DNA of 64,000 bases from Octopus bimaculoides. Taxonomy: Eukaryota. Positions within the stretch are counted from its first letter, which is position 1. Each line of letters opens with the position of its first letter. Made by a program: the position numbers and the translations under genes. Positions 1 to 14,409 of the stretch are shown here, one piece after another. A model generated the notes under the pieces. The model did no database searches and had not been told where the DNA came from. It saw only the letters and a program-made list of their open reading frames with translations. The DNA is taken from NCBI RefSeq assembly GCF_001194135.2, contig NC_068984.1:37624477-37688476 (forward strand), in the 5' to 3' direction.

Positions 1-474
1 CATGAACTAAAGGATACGCTCATCACCAGGAACTACCCACCATCACTATTTGATATAGGTTTTCAACGTGCCCTAGAACTCAATATCCATGAACTCAGAC
101 ATCTCAAACTAAACAACGATTTACAACAAAAAGCCCTACCATACATCTCCACACACAACCCCCTTAACAGTGAAGCCTTCGATACCATCCTCCAGAACAT
201 TCCTCTACTAAAAAGGGACCACAGAATGAATTTAATCCCCCAGACACACACCATTATAAAGAGCAAAAGACAACCCAAATCTATGAAAACTCTCCTAACA
301 CAAGCCCAAGTACACTCAGCAACAAGACTGAAGCCGTCAGTAAAAAAAATGCGGAAGACCTAACTGTGGTATGTGCTTCAACCTAATTGAGGGATCGGAG
401 TTCTCCTTCAAACAAGGTCAACGTTTTACAGTGAAAAGCAACTTCACATGTGCTTCGAAAAACCTTATATATAT
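1..474 (+). mobile_element. Penelope-like retroelement remnant (RT C-terminus/linker into Zn-finger and start of GIY-YIG endonuclease)
   Basis: Frame 1 reads ...LITRNYPPSLF...LPYISTHNP...IIKSKRQPKSMKTLL. After a frameshift in the A8 run at 342-349 it continues KCGRPNCGMCFNL...FTVKSNFTCASKNLIY and is cut by the gap at 475. This matches the PLE pattern L..RGYP / PY...NP / R.PKNL...L / C..C..C / TC.S.NLIY. Confidence 0.85.
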
Positions 475-562
475 NNNNNNNNNNNNNNNNNNNNNNNNNN
501 NNNNNNNNNNNNNNNNNNNNNNNNNNNNNNNNNNNNNNNNNNNNNNNTATATATATATATAT

Positions 563-602
<40 letters not shown>

Positions 603-659
603 GTACACACACACACACACACACACAGAGAAGCGTTTTAACTGAATTGATAGTGAAGG

Positions 660-860
660 CGCATGCATGGCTCAGTAGCATCGGCTTTTGCCTTTCCCTT
701 GGATAACATCGGTGACGTGGAGAAGAGAGGCTGGTATACATGGGCTGGTATGCATGGGCGACTGCTGGTCTTCCAACGCTACCCGGACTTGTACCTTGGA
801 TGGGAACTTTCTGGGAGCAATCCCATGATCATTCATGACCGAAGGGGGTCTTTAACCTAA
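660..860. repeat. Interspersed repeat, related to the copy at ~60150-60290
   Basis: Shares CTTTCCCTTGGA(T/C)AAC...GAC(T/A)GCTGGTC(T/A)TCC with ~60170-60245 on the same strand. Confidence 0.6.
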
Positions 861-999
861 CTGAATTAATGCAAGAATGGAACAACACACCAATACTATT
901 TCTTATTTATAGTTGGCGTAGATGTCACCACGTGCTTACTCTTTTTTCGTTTCTTTTTCTTTCTTTTTTTTTTCTTTTTGAAACCATGTAGTATCAGTC

Positions 1000-1031
<32 letters not shown>

Positions 1032-1549
1032 ATTTCTTTACATATATTCTATCGACCGTTGGATATTAACGTTGCCAAAAATAGAAATCAAACAAAGTAG
1101 TTGGGTCGATATGCTGACTGAAACCGTATGAAACTGTCCTCTAACATGGCCATTGTCCAGCGACCAAAATCGCTAAAGGAAAAAAAAGTATAATAATTAT
1201 TATGCAAAATATTTTTAGTACTTTTTTTAAGTAAACGCAGTTTTTAAAAATGCAGTACTGCTTCATATCTATGTGTTCATTGTCACATGATGCTCCTCTA
1301 ATTAAAAAACACCTTCAAACTTCTTATTAGTACATTTTCGTTATGAATTTGTTTAGTACTTGTTTTTGACTTTTTTTTTTACCTTCCTTTTAGTTTTTGA
1401 CCGGATTCATTGCGCTAACCATTCCAACGGGCAGTTTCGTCTGAAATAAGAAAAACGTAACTGATTGTAGTAAATACACACTCACATACACATGTAAACG
1501 CTCTCATAAATCATGTGTGCGTGTGTGTGCGTGTGTGTGCGTGTGTGAA

Positions 1550-1846
1550 GGCGCGTAGCTTAGAGGTTAGGGCAATCGGTTCACGATCGTAATGTCGTGA
1601 GTCCAATTCCCGGCGACGCGTTGTATCCTTGAGCAAGACACTTTGTTTCACGTTCCTCCAGTCCACTCAGCTGGCAAAAATGAATAGCACTTGTATTTCT
1701 GTGTCACGTTCAATCTCCCTGATAGCTACCTTAAGAACGCATGTGTCTGTGGAGTGTTCAGCCACATAAAAGTTAATTTCACGAGCAGGCTGTTCCATTG
1801 ATCGGATCAACTGGAACCCTCGTCGTTGTAAGCGACGGAGTGCCAC
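1550..1846 (+). mobile_element. tRNA-derived SINE with CORE-like body
   Basis: A-box-like GCGTAGCTTAGAGG and B-box-like GAGTCCAATTCC, followed by TCCTTGAGCAAGACACTT. Related copies at ~36590, ~57335 and ~45290 (minus strand). Confidence 0.75.
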
Positions 1847-1860
1847 ATATAAGTGTGTGT

Positions 1861-1900
<40 letters not shown>

Positions 1901-2442
1901 TATGTATATATTTTTGCGTGTGTATTTCTGTATGCGTATAGATATACATATATATGTTTACATGTATGCTTATATACATTTACATATGATTGTATATATG
2001 TGTGCATATCTGTGTGTGTGCGCGCGTATATATGTATTTGTGCATTTATTTTTCACAATAACTGGAACGAAACGTGATGCAAGCTTCTTTCTATAATCCA
2101 ATGATAATATTCTGTAATCTCATACACAATATCTCCTTATTAAGTCACCACAAGGTATAACTAAATTTTGTAAGTATAACCTCTGAGTATGGAGTGTGTC
2201 GGGTTGAAGAGAATTACTGATTCATAGAATGTAACAGCATAACTGAATAATAGAATAGAATCCTAAATATACTATGTTATTCTTCATCGTTTTTGAAAAC
2301 ACTGTAAATAAACTCCGTAAAAATGCGATGTGTATGGGTAAACGTTTAAGTGTGTGCATATATGTATACGTACAAACGTGTGTGTATATGTATGTAGGTG
2401 GTGGGGGTGTGCGAACAAAACTTTTATCCATTACTTTTTACT

Positions 2443-3020
2443 GGTTTCATGGACTGCGGTCATGCTGGAGCACCGCGTTGAAAAATTTTAGTCGAACGAA
2501 TTGACCTCAGTATTTGTGTATTTTAAGCCCGGTATCTTTTGCCGAACCGCTAAATTACGTAGGCGTAATTACACTAACACAGCAGTTAGTGGTGAAGGAC
2601 AAAACATACACACAAACACACATACACACACATATATAAAATATACATACTTTCAGTTTTTTGTCTACCACATCCACTCACAAGCCTTTGGTCGGCCCGA
2701 GACTATAGTAGAAGACATTTGCCTAAGGTGCCATGCGGTTTTTTAAGCCCGGTATCTTTTGCCGAACCGCTATATTACGTAGGCGTAATTACACTAACAC
2801 AGCAGTTAGTGGTGAAGGACAAAACATACACACAAACACACATACACACACATATATAAAATATACATACTTTCAGTTTTTTGTCTACCACATCCACTCA
2901 CAAGCCTTTGGTCGGCCCGAGACTATAGTAGAAGACATTTGCCTAAGGTGCCACGCGGTGGGACTGAATCCGGAACCATGTGGCTGGAAAGCAAACTTCT
3001 TACCACATCACCTCGCCTGC
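2443..3020 (-). mobile_element. tRNA-derived SINE head joined to a common SINE tail, with an internal 220-bp tandem duplication
   Basis: Minus strand reads GCAGGCGAGGTGATGTGGTAAG...GGATTCAGTCC...CACCTTAGGCAAATGTCTT. Tail motif GACTGCGGTCATGCTGGAGCACC lies at ~2450. Confidence 0.75.
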
Positions 3021-3061
3021 GCTTGTATATATATATATGTACACATGCACACACATACACA

Positions 3062-3115
<54 letters not shown>

Positions 3116-3578
3116 NNNNNNNNNNNNNNNNNNNNNNNNNNNNNNNNNNNNNNNNNNNNNNNNNNNNNNNNNNNNNNNNNNNNNNNNNNNNNNNNNNNNN
3201 NNNNNNNNNNNNNNNNNNNNNNNNNNNNNNNNNNNNNNNNNNNNNNNNNNNNNNNNNNNNNNNNNNNNNNNNNNNNNNNNNNNNNNNNNNNNNNNNNNNN
3301 NNNNNNNNNNNNNNNNNNNNNNNNNNNNNNNNNNNNNNNNNNNNNNNNNNNNNNNNNNNNNNNNNNNNNNNNNNNNNNNNNNNNNNNNNNNNNNNNNNNN
3401 NNNNNNNNNNNNNNNNNNNNNNNNNNNNNNNNNNNNNNNNNNNNNNNNNNNNNNNNNNNNNNNNNNNNNNNNNNNNNNNNNNNNNNNNNNNNNNNNNNNN
3501 NNNNNNNNNNNNNNNNNNNNNNNNNNNNNNNNNNNNNNNNNNNNNNNNNNNNNNNNNNNNNNNNNNNNNNNNNNNNNN

Positions 3579-3623
<45 letters not shown>

Positions 3624-4875
3624 CTTCATATTATACGTATATAAATAATACATATATAAAGCTAACCAAAAATATCCCCGTTCGATACTTTTGAGTTTTT
3701 TTTTGTTTGTTTGTTTGTTTTTTTGCTATATTTTTTGTTGCTATTTGTTTCTGTCTTGTGTAGAATATTGGTTGCATTAATTTATTTATCATTTGTTCGG
3801 TTTGCAAAACATGTACCTGTGTGCCTTTGTGCATGTACAATATTATACCCGTCTAATATATGTGTGTGTGTATGTGTGAGTGCGTGTGTGTTTGTGTGAG
3901 TGTGTGCGTTTGTATGTATATATATATATGTGTGTGTGTGTATATATACACACACATATATATATACTTCTATGTATGGTGTGTGAGCTGGTGTATATGA
4001 GTATATGTGTGTTAGTGTGTGTACAAAAATTTTTAATCGCCTACATATACTCATACATCTGTAAATACACTGAATACATTTTTTATACATCTCTGTAATT
4101 GTTTTGTATTATTTTTATTCTAAAGTATAAATTCTCTCTCTCTCTTTCTCCCTCTATCTCTCTCCCTCTCTCTCTCTCACTCACTCTCTCGCTCGCTCTG
4201 TGTTTTCTGTGCCTTATCGATCGACGGTGAACTTTTTAAAACATATTGTCTTAACTGTAGGGTTACGTCAACAAGATCAGAATGAAAGCAAAGAGAAATC
4301 AATACGAGCTAATCAATGAAGAGGGTTATTCATATAAATCAATCTTTTCTGTATGTAGATCGAATAGAATATTCGACGTTAAAGACGCAGAACATTGGAG
4401 GTTATAAACATGAATTATAGCCTTGATATTTTGGGGGTTATATATATATACATATACATATGTGTGTGTACCTGTCTCTGTGTGTGTATGTGTATGTGTA
4501 TATATGTGTTGGGGGGATATGTATGGTTATTAAAGTATATATAAAAACAATTTAACATCAAACTGAAGGATTACTCAATACTTTTAAGCGGAGTACATGT
4601 ATATTAACAAAGAAAAGATTGCTCATAGGCAAACGGTAAAAAAGAGTACTCAATAATTGATGTTTCAGAATGTATTATTCGTTCGGAGCTGATGGTTCGA
4701 TTTCAAGCCGCGTGCACAGTCCTCGGGTGACAATTTCTTTTAGCATTTTGAGGAACTCTTCTGAAGAGAAATTCTAAGTAGCATTCGAGTGAATCAACAG
4801 CTTGAAACGAATGAATACATGTGTATGTATGTGCGTATATATGTAGGTAGGTAGGTAGGTAGGTAGGTCCGTCGG

Positions 4876-4921
<46 letters not shown>
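4876..4921. repeat. (GATA)n microsatellite; similar tracts at ~8324-8385, ~8951-9075 and ~60838-60975
   Basis: Directly visible. Confidence 0.95.
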
Positions 4922-4922
<1 letters not shown>

Positions 4923-6068
4923 GCTCTATTCTCGCCAACGCCGCTGTGAGCGCTACATTGTTTGTACAATGTAGAAAATGACTCCCAATGGGGATAATAT
5001 TATTTTGTATAATACGGAAAATATTTTTCAATGTGGAAAATATTTTCCAAATTTTCCAAATGACGCCGACATCAAGTTCACAAGTCATCCAAAGCTTACC
5101 CACCTTCACCGTTCCGTACCAGGTGTCTCCTACAAAAATTGAGTTCACATCACATAACAAGGTCACAACACATTTTTACCTCAATAGGTGTTGCTGCTTT
5201 ATTCAAAATTATCCAGAAAGAAATTTTAAAAAATAAAGCTTAACATTCAAGTGATATTGGGACAAATTCCTCCAAGAAATACCAAATACCGATATTCAAA
5301 TACATTAAAGCAAACAACCCCCGGCTCAAATGAGTTTAGATGAACCAAAAACATGACTTAAAAGACTACCCCAAGGGCTGCTAAGTTTGACATGGTTTGA
5401 GCCAGTAATACCCGAAGCCTATTTCAGCTGCGTGAGTGTTTTTCTTTTTCTCTTTTTCATTTTTTTTTTCTTCTTTTCATATATTTCATTCCAAATACGT
5501 TGTTGAGATTCTTAAGATGGAATGCCTATTTTCTTCAACTTCGGTAACAGGTTCGATAATAACACTTATTGCAAGTAAGTATATGCTGCATACCTCGTTT
5601 AGATCATACTGCTACAATTTGCCAGGTGAATAATATTATGTTTGTGGGAATGGCATTATTTTTATGCATCTTTAATATCACTTGAATCTATTTTAACCAA
5701 CTACGAGGTTTATATGCCCCTGTTTCTGCTACACTGATTTTTTTTGATATCCACTTTATTATCTCGACGACTACTCAAGTTATGACAAATTCTTTTATCA
5801 GCAGTTACAAATATACTATGTTGGAAGAAAGCTATATCCATAGACATGGTTGTGCCATTTTCAAAAACTTGTTGAGAGGTTGAAGTGTTTTGCTCAAGAA
5901 CTCAATGCATAGCCTGGTCAGGTAATCATAACCACACCACGATATTACGATCGTGAGTACGACCAAGCCACGAGGCCATACTACATCGCAATACAGAATA
6001 AAATGGAACTTTTGTATTTCTCCTTTCGTATACAATCTCAAAGAGAAATCCAAACAGAAGGCGTTCTG

Positions 6069-6470
6069 CATTTTAAAAAGTTGAAGGAAGAATTTCAACA
6101 CTAGTTTCCAGAGGTTGTCCAAGAATATTCCTTAATGATCATCGATCCACTCACAGCAAAAATCAACAAAATTCCAGAAACGATTCAAGAGGAATTCTTC
6201 GAATTGACAAATGACCTTGCTGCACCACAAGTTCTCCACAATATTTCTTCTTCCCTTGAAAGCCTTTGGACTTGCATGTAAAATAATTATCTTTGTGTCA
6301 TAGATCACGCATTAAGAATCCTTCTCCCATTTGTATCAATGCAATTTTGTGAACGTAGATTTCTTCACTTTTCAAAGTCAAATCAAATTATAAAAACTTT
6401 TTAGATATTGAAAATTATCTCCGATCTGCTTTAGCAAATACTGTCTACCAAACGTATTCAAAAATTATTA
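6069..6470 (+). mobile_element. Decayed hAT (Charlie/Buster-like) transposase C-terminal dimerisation region
   Basis: HFKKLKEEFQH*FPE...IQEEFFELTND...SLWTCM*NNY...ALRILLPFVSMQFCERRF / frameshift / LDIENYLRSALANT. Matches the hATC pattern L.IL.PF.STYLCE.GFS...RNRL.....RCAL. Confidence 0.8.
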
Positions 6471-6502
6471 ACTACATATTACAGAAATATTGATTTCAAA
6501 TT

Positions 6503-6675
6503 TTAGCATAAGGCCAGTAATCTCGGTGGAGGGGTCAAGTCGATTACATCGAACCCAGGGCCCAACTGGTACTTGTTTAATTAATCCCGAAGGAATGAAA
6601 GGTAAAGTCGACCTCGGTGGAATTTGAACTCAGAACGTAAAGATGGACGAAATGCCTCTAAGCATTTTGCCTGGT
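6503..6675 (-). mobile_element. SINE of the GAGTTCAAATTCCACCGAGGTCGACTTT family
   Basis: B-box-like GAGTTCAAATTCC on the minus strand and a shared body. Other copies at ~14410-14600, ~14650-14820, ~26300-26465, ~27757-27830 and ~30703-30900 (+). Confidence 0.75.
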
Positions 6676-7336
6676 GTCTGCCTTATATTACAGAAACATT
6701 AAATTAGGATTTGTCATTATTTCTCATGCATTTGCTTCCATTGTTTCCCTTTAGATTTCATTTTTTATGTTTAGTTGAATTTGTTCTGTTTAAGTTTGAG
6801 GTTATTTTCATTGATTTTATACTCAAGTAATCCATCAAAATATTCAGTAAATAAAAGTGGTCTACAATAAGAAACCGGTTGGTAAAACCCTGATGTGATA
6901 TATCCTTTCCTTATTTAAGACGGTAGAGTACATATTGAGGTAGGTTGATTGCTGTCTCTAGCAGGTCAAGTTATCTACATGAAATAAACAATGATAATAC
7001 CACTTCAGTGTAACTCCCTCAAATAAATCCTTTAATCGGTAGTCTTAAGAGGGGTTTAAATCTCCACGTATCACGTTCAACGATATAAAGTGGTTGAACC
7101 AATAGAAGATTTTAGGTGTCACTCCTGTATATCCGAAGCTAAATAGTCTTGGCTTTATCGGACACTACTCCTCTAATACTGATGCTATTGATTTTTATAT
7201 CAGCATTGTCTGGACGGCAAAATATTGTCTAGTGAGTGTACGTGTTTCTGTACATGTATGTGTGTGTGTGTTTGCGCTTGTGTGCGTTTCTGACACAAAA
7301 CTTACGTGTTGTGATTTTTATTATTCATTTGTGGGC

Positions 7337-7398
<62 letters not shown>

Positions 7399-8336
7399 CT
7401 CTAGTTAGGCCAGTTGGGGGTTTTATTATTTATTTATTTGGTTTTTGTTTTTATTTGCAATGAAGGTTATTCAGTTTTTATCATACTTTTTTACTTGTAC
7501 GTCTTAAATGTAGACAAATATTATATATATGTGTGCATGTAAGTATAAGTATGTATTTTTATAAGTACACGTACACCTACACACGTTTATACATATGCAC
7601 ACACACACTCAGACTATACATATATAAATATATATATATACATATATTTGCATATGTGTGTATGTCTGTATATATATATATATATATATATATTGGTTGA
7701 GAGTAAGTATAAGAAAAGAGTCTACAAGTCTAAGAAGGTCTGATTTCCGTTCAAACCATTTCACCTCACTTGTTCCTCACATCTGTGATTCCCATTCAAA
7801 CTCAATAAACTGAAGAGGAATGTGCACGGCAAGGTTAATTCGTTCTTGAAACACTTCATAAAACCAAAGATTTTTCTGATGACCATTTAAATATGTGAGG
7901 CTTTCGTTTCATTTGTAGTAGCTTTCCTTTTTTTTTTTTTTTTTTGGCTCACACCTAAACATCACACTTTCACTCTTTTTCTGCTTCCATTTTCCTTTGT
8001 TTTCTCTATGTTTAATTTTATATGTGTATATATATATATATATACATACATATATGTGTGTGTGTGTGCGTGCGTGTATGTGTAGATATTAAGTGTTTGG
8101 TTCAAATTTACGTCGCTAAAAGTTTTACAGACACAAAAAAGCAATAAGGGCTTCTAAAGAAGTTTGATTGTTTAGAAGCCATTACTATCTCGCCTCTCAA
8201 TAATCAGATGCCTTTTTGCTTCTTCAAAACATTTAGTCGATTAAATGTGAGTCAAATTCTTAGAACAAAATTTTAACCTTCACGTTATATATTGAGTACC
8301 TTTTCCTTTCGTTTTCACGCGTAGATAGATAGATAT

Positions 8337-8384
<48 letters not shown>

Positions 8385-8950
8385 CTGGAGGAAGGGAGCG
8401 ATTTCTTTATTTAGCCACACAGGGCTTAGCACAGAGGGGACAATACAATGTAGAATTTTTCTTTTTCGAAATCGATCAAAAGGGATCGAAAAAAAATACG
8501 TTAGTGGGGCGTGTACACAAATAGAGAACAAGGTGACTTTTTTTTTTTTTTNNNNNNNNNNNNNNNNNNNNNNNNNNNNNNNNNNNNNNNNNNNNNNNNN
8601 NNNNNNNNNNNNNNNNNNNNNNNNNNNNNNNNNNNNNNNNNNNNNNNNNNNNNNNNNNNNNNNNNNNNNNNNNNNNNNNNNNNNNNNNNNNNNNNNNNNN
8701 NNNNNNNNNNNNNNNNNNNNNNNNNNNNNNNNNNNNNNNNNNNNNNNNNNNNNNNNNNNNNNNNNNNNNNNNNNNNNNNNNNNNNNNNNNNNNNNNNNNN
8801 NNNNNNNNNNNNNNNNNNNNNNNNNNNNNNNNNNNNNNNNNNNNNNNNNNNNNNNNNNNNNNNNNNNNNNNNNNNNNNNNNCATAGCCACCAGTACGATG
8901 AAAATTGCCTTGCCTTCCCGATTAAAGGAAGGCGGCGGGGTAATATTCAC

Positions 8951-9027
<77 letters not shown>

Positions 9028-10575
9028 GTAGGTAGGTAGGTTGAAAGATAGATAGACAGACAGACAGACAGACTTATTTGTGAAGGTCGCCGACTTGGTC
9101 AAAGCTTCTGGATATGTATCCAGTGTTATTCATTCAATAATGTTCTTTAGTCTAATGTCCATGATTAAATTATTGTATTCAGCTCAAACTATCACGCCTG
9201 GAAACATATCGTTTGGTGCTTTCATTCTATCAACTGTTTTTGGTTTTAATCTTTTTTCAGAGACTTCCATTTACAAGCAACGATCTAGGTTATTACTAAT
9301 TACTAAACAAGTAATTACTGATTTACTACAATTATTCTTCAAACTTCTAATCTCACCTTTACAGATGAATAATGATTATTTACAACTACATGACGTTTTT
9401 TTCAGTATGGATATCCGTTATCAGATGTCTTAGTCCTACATGCGTGCATAGTACCATACTGGATTCGTATTCATGCCATTTCTTTCTAAAAATTAAGGGT
9501 GAAAATAATCTTATCCACAAAATCAATGACACAAGTACATTTAAGACTACGTTTTTAGGCATTTTAAATTTATATATTAATAAAGTAAAGCATATTGAGT
9601 CAATAATATTAATAATATTATTAAGAAAAGCATACTGAGTCAATTCCATGTTTAAGTTTTCATTAAAAACTATATGTATTAGTCCTTTAGTTTCCCTAAG
9701 TTTTTACTGAGTTTCTCTATCAATCATGGAATTTTTTTCTTTTTTTAGCTGTAAAGTTTCATTTTCATGAAATGTATGTTTAGCCATCATTAATTTTATT
9801 TTTTCCTTCCGCAAATGTATTTGATGTTATAAATGCAGTTCTTAGGTTCAAACCATTCTTTGGTATACTTGTGAAAAGGATAGAAGTCGAAATCAGTACA
9901 TCCGTACAATTGAAACTTACTACTACTGGACTCTACTAAAACAATGAGTTTTTCATTTGATACAGTGATAAGAAAGGAATTGTCAAATGTCTTTAACAGC
10001 GAGTATTATTTTAAATATTGTTTACCGATGTTTACTGGTTGATACAATTAGCACGAAATCACAGGATTGGCTGGTTCATGTCACTGCCACTTAGGCACTC
10101 CCGTGTCCAAAACTTAGGCTCCATTCTAACTATTATTCCCATTCCTTCTTCCATTGAACGTTTGTCCTCTGGAACTCCCATCCTGCTCTTGCATTTCTTG
10201 CTGATATTAACTTGCAAAAATTTAAACAGAAACTTTACAGCATGAGCCTCACCTGTTCTCAGAGAACCTGCGATGGCATAACACGGCTCCTTCATTGAGT
10301 CCAAGGTTGTAAAAAATATAAAAACATAAAATAAAATACTTAAAATGAACAGAGTGGGTTCATCGTATTATAAAATATACTTATCAAACTGTTCCCCATA
10401 ACCTAATCTGGTTAGATCCGATGTTATTAACAAACCAATTCTGAGTTTTACACTGGACAGTGTAAACGCTTTTGTTAACCATTGTTGATTGTAGATTGTA
10501 AAGCGTTATTTTTTAAATACATAAGCTGAACATCAACTATTTGGATCTCAAATCGACCAACCGAATCAATCTTAC

Positions 10576-10675
10576 CTGTCTATGAAAAAGAATCACTGTT
10601 CTTGCATCTTTCATCAAGCTAAACGAATAATCGCTATAATCAATGCTCCTACGCCGCAACAGATGTTCCGACAAT
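10576..10675 (-). CDS. Possible internal exon of an unidentified gene
   Basis: Strong acceptor (tcctgtttttctgttattccttcttcatattcAG) and donor (CAG|GTAAGA). One open frame: LSEHLLRRRSIDYSDYSFSLMKDARTVILFHRQ. No family recognised. Confidence 0.25.
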
Positions 10676-11397
10676 CTGAATATGAAGAAGGAATAACAGA
10701 AAAACAGGACTATAACTATACAAATTTTATTGGAACAGCCCCCAAATAATAATGCTAATATATTTTGTTTAGCATAATATTCGTGAACAATCCTTTTGCG
10801 TGACTTGGTCTTACGTGGCAGATTTGAACATTTGACTGTATTTTTTATTTTTTATTTTTTCAAATCCTTTTTTTAAAATGATTTTTACCTTCATTAGAAA
10901 TATTGCACCAATGATTTTCTTCATATAATCCCTTGCACATAGTGCTTCCAGACTTTGTATTATCGTCGTAAAACACCATCTATTTTATGTGAACTTTACT
11001 TGTCACCATTACACACGACTTTCAATCATAAACCATTCGCACTTGACATTCAAGTACCTTCGTGCGAATTAACAAGTGATTCTCATTGTGGTTGTCTCCT
11101 TGCTAAAAAACAAAATCAGCCAAATATATCTCAAGCCTTGTTATGCTATTCTAAAAGTGATGAATAAATATATTTTCAAAAATCATTTACGGGATATATG
11201 GCAATAGCAAAAGAGTAGATGCTGATCGATCGATGCAACTTTGGCAAAAGAAAATGTAGTGCAACGCACGGCTCGACATGATTTACGGAAGAAATCTGAA
11301 AGTGGTCACTTCGTACAAAACAGATATGGAAATTGTTGGGGAATTAAGTACATCCAAGTAAAAAAACTCATGCATAGGAACCTCGCCATGGCCGTTC

Positions 11398-11560
11398 GAC
11401 CTGCTAGAAATAACAACAAAATCTCCATCAAACCTCGCGCTACTATTTTATAAGGAAGACATTTTGAATAATGTTGTCCGGAGTACACTGTGCTTGCTCA
11501 AAAAATTGGACAAGAGAATATTCTTTTAATCGTTGATCTTTTCGATCAGAGCTGACTTGA
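11398..11560 (+). repeat. Interspersed repeat family GACCTGCTAGAAATAGCAGC.AAATCTCC
   Basis: Motif recurs at ~12740, ~20178, ~22190, ~30430, ~45815 and ~57915, and in reverse at ~6950, ~31230 and ~43590. Confidence 0.7.
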
Positions 11561-13904
11561 TAAACCAGAACGCCAAATTTTCACGAAAACTGCAAATGAC
11601 ATCCGAATACGGTAACGAAAATGGAGGTACCTCGATTATCTCCCCTCTTACATATTGGTTTTTATGCAGTAAATGGACTAAAGTCCATTACAAACCAATA
11701 TGCAAAATTTCAGCTGCAATAACTGCAATAGCAAATGTACACTGCTCTAAACATATCACAATATTTAAACATACAATAGTAAAATTCTAAAGGACTAGAA
11801 AGAACTTTATGGAACTAAAACACTACATTGATATTGCCATACGCAGAAATAATGCTACAGCACCAAAAGGGAAAACTTCACATCACAAAATACAATCTTA
11901 TAAGATAGGAAATCCAGTCCAAGATGGTGCTAATAATGTATCAAAGTAAAAGTCATGCAAACTGTAATTAAAATTATTGTACATGCCACCTTTATACACT
12001 ACTTTTACATACCACTTCCCGTAATGCATTCACATTTTCCCCTTCACATAACAGTTTTGCACATCATCTTTATGCACCTCTTCACACACGATCTTCACAT
12101 ACCACCTTCCCATACTCCTTTTACATACACCCATCACATCCCACCTTCACGTATCACTTTCACGTACTACCTTGACATAATACTATCACATACTTCACAT
12201 ACCGCTTCCACATACAGCTTTTATAATAAATCATAAACATCATCATCATGATCATCATCATGATCAAGTAGTGGCTAATGGGGCATCTGAAAACTGATAG
12301 ACATTCTATAGCAGAACTGGAATCGCAAGTTGTTGGCTACTCCTACCGCTGCTATCCTGATGTAAGTTAAACCATTCTGAAGGATACGGTAAAGGACCTG
12401 TTGGTCCTCCTGTCCTAGTTAATGTAGTGACATTTTACTGGACTGCCTGGTATACCAATACGCATATATACCAGCTTCCTATACCAGTCAGTGAACATAC
12501 TATCTTCCCATAATACTACCTTCACGTATCACTAGGTTTTTATGCCATTCCCCCATACCACTAAGTACAAATAGCATCTTACCACTAGGGGTATCACATA
12601 CCAACTTTATGCAACCACTTTAAACTTTGGTAGATGGATTTCAAGCATCACTTTACGTAGACCCCCTAGTGGAACAACTTCAAACACCAACTCGAAACCC
12701 TGTTTTCTGACGAACAAAAGATGACCTATATGTAGCCATTCGAATGCTAAAAATAACAGGCAAATTCTCTTCAAACTACATCTTACCGTCTTAAACTAAG
12801 AAACACATTAGAGTGTAAGCGTAGACACATCATCTGAAAATAAAATGAGTTGGTCATAGCTGGCACGCTTTTATTATGGATTTTCTTGTTGTGTTAAACG
12901 GCAACAGAAACTTTCTGACAGCATCTCCAAAACATCACCTAACCATAATTTTATCTTGCATCATTTATAAAACACTGCAACATCAAAATCTGGCGGACGC
13001 TTTTAAAACATGCTCTCAGAACAATATCGAACTCGCGCTTCTAGCTTAATACTCACCAAGACATGTATTTGTATATTACTTCCAAGCTATAGTATAACCA
13101 CAAATGACCTTCAGACACACAACCTTCAGACATATCCTCCAAACATCAAATTCAGAAATCGAAAGTAAAAATAACAAGAGGAGTATTTGACAAATCAGTT
13201 ATTAAATTAAGGTGTAAATTAGACAAATTAAATCTCAAAAATAAAAATAAAAACATAACATTTGCAGTGCTGCTGCAATTAAAACGGTGAAGCAGAAGTT
13301 CATGTTTTCAGAGTTGTTTTTGTTTTTGTTTTCTCCTTTATTGTCTTTATGAAAATGTCGAAATAATTGTTATAATTCTTAAACCAGCCAATACATAATG
13401 ACATGTTCTATTTTACTACAATTTCACTAAGACGACTTGCGTTAATGTGTATATATGTTGGTGTGCAAATGTGCATATGTGTAAATGTGTAAATGTGTAT
13501 ATGTGTGGCTTGATTGAAAGGACGTATGTTATTTACTGGAATAATGTAGTGTGTGTGTTTTTGCGCTTATGCTTCTATTTGTGTATATATTGGTGGAAGA
13601 AACGGAGTGAGAGAGAAAAAAGGCAGTGGTGGAAGGGGGGGAATTGGTTGAAAGAGAAAAAGACACAAAAACAGACAGATAGGAAAGCGAGTACAATATT
13701 TGATGATATTTTTTTCTTCTCATAATAGAAAGATTCATAATTATATAAATTGCAGAATGTATTATTACCCGTCTTTTAAATCGACAAATGGAAAAAAGGT
13801 TTTGTTGTTAACGTCGTTGTTATTCTTTTTTTTTTTTTCGCTTTTTATTTTGTGAGGGTGGAAATTTTATCTAACATTCGAAAATAGAAACCGAAAAAAT
13901 ATTA

Positions 13905-13953
<49 letters not shown>

Positions 13954-14409
13954 AAATAAAATCGTCACTGTATTGAAGCACTTTAGAGTGGGAACAAAAA
14001 TAACGTAACACAGAAAGGGAAATATTAACGTTTATATATATATATAACGATAGAATAAAAAATAAATACATAAAAGTCGTGACTAGTAGAAACTAGCAAA
14101 AGTAATGATTTATAATGGAGTAGGCAGAAATCCAATCAAAATGGGTAATTGTAAAAATATAACAAATATAAGAAGAAAATTCACCCGAATGGTATTCATA
14201 TTATTTTATATTATATGCCAATTTTTAAATAGAGAGGAACGATCGGATTTTCTAATAATACACTGAACATCTGTTATAGTGATAGCGGAGTGATGATTAG
14301 TTTAGTCTTACGTGAAAAGAAGTATAATGGAATTACTGTTTGAACACCTCTACTGCGTGTTCACATCTCACTACTAGCAGTGCACAAAAGTATACTGGCC
14401 ATGAAGGTT

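Noticed and set aside
11340-11411. Tyrosine-kinase-like GIKYIQVKKLMHRNLA...ARN on the plus strand
   Set aside because: The ARN part comes from the GACCTGCTAGAAATA repeat family, the catalytic D is absent, and no other kinase subdomains are nearby.
11990-12215. H/T/P-rich ORF 11955-12236
   Set aside because: It derives from a degenerate CTTCACATACCA-like low-complexity repeat.
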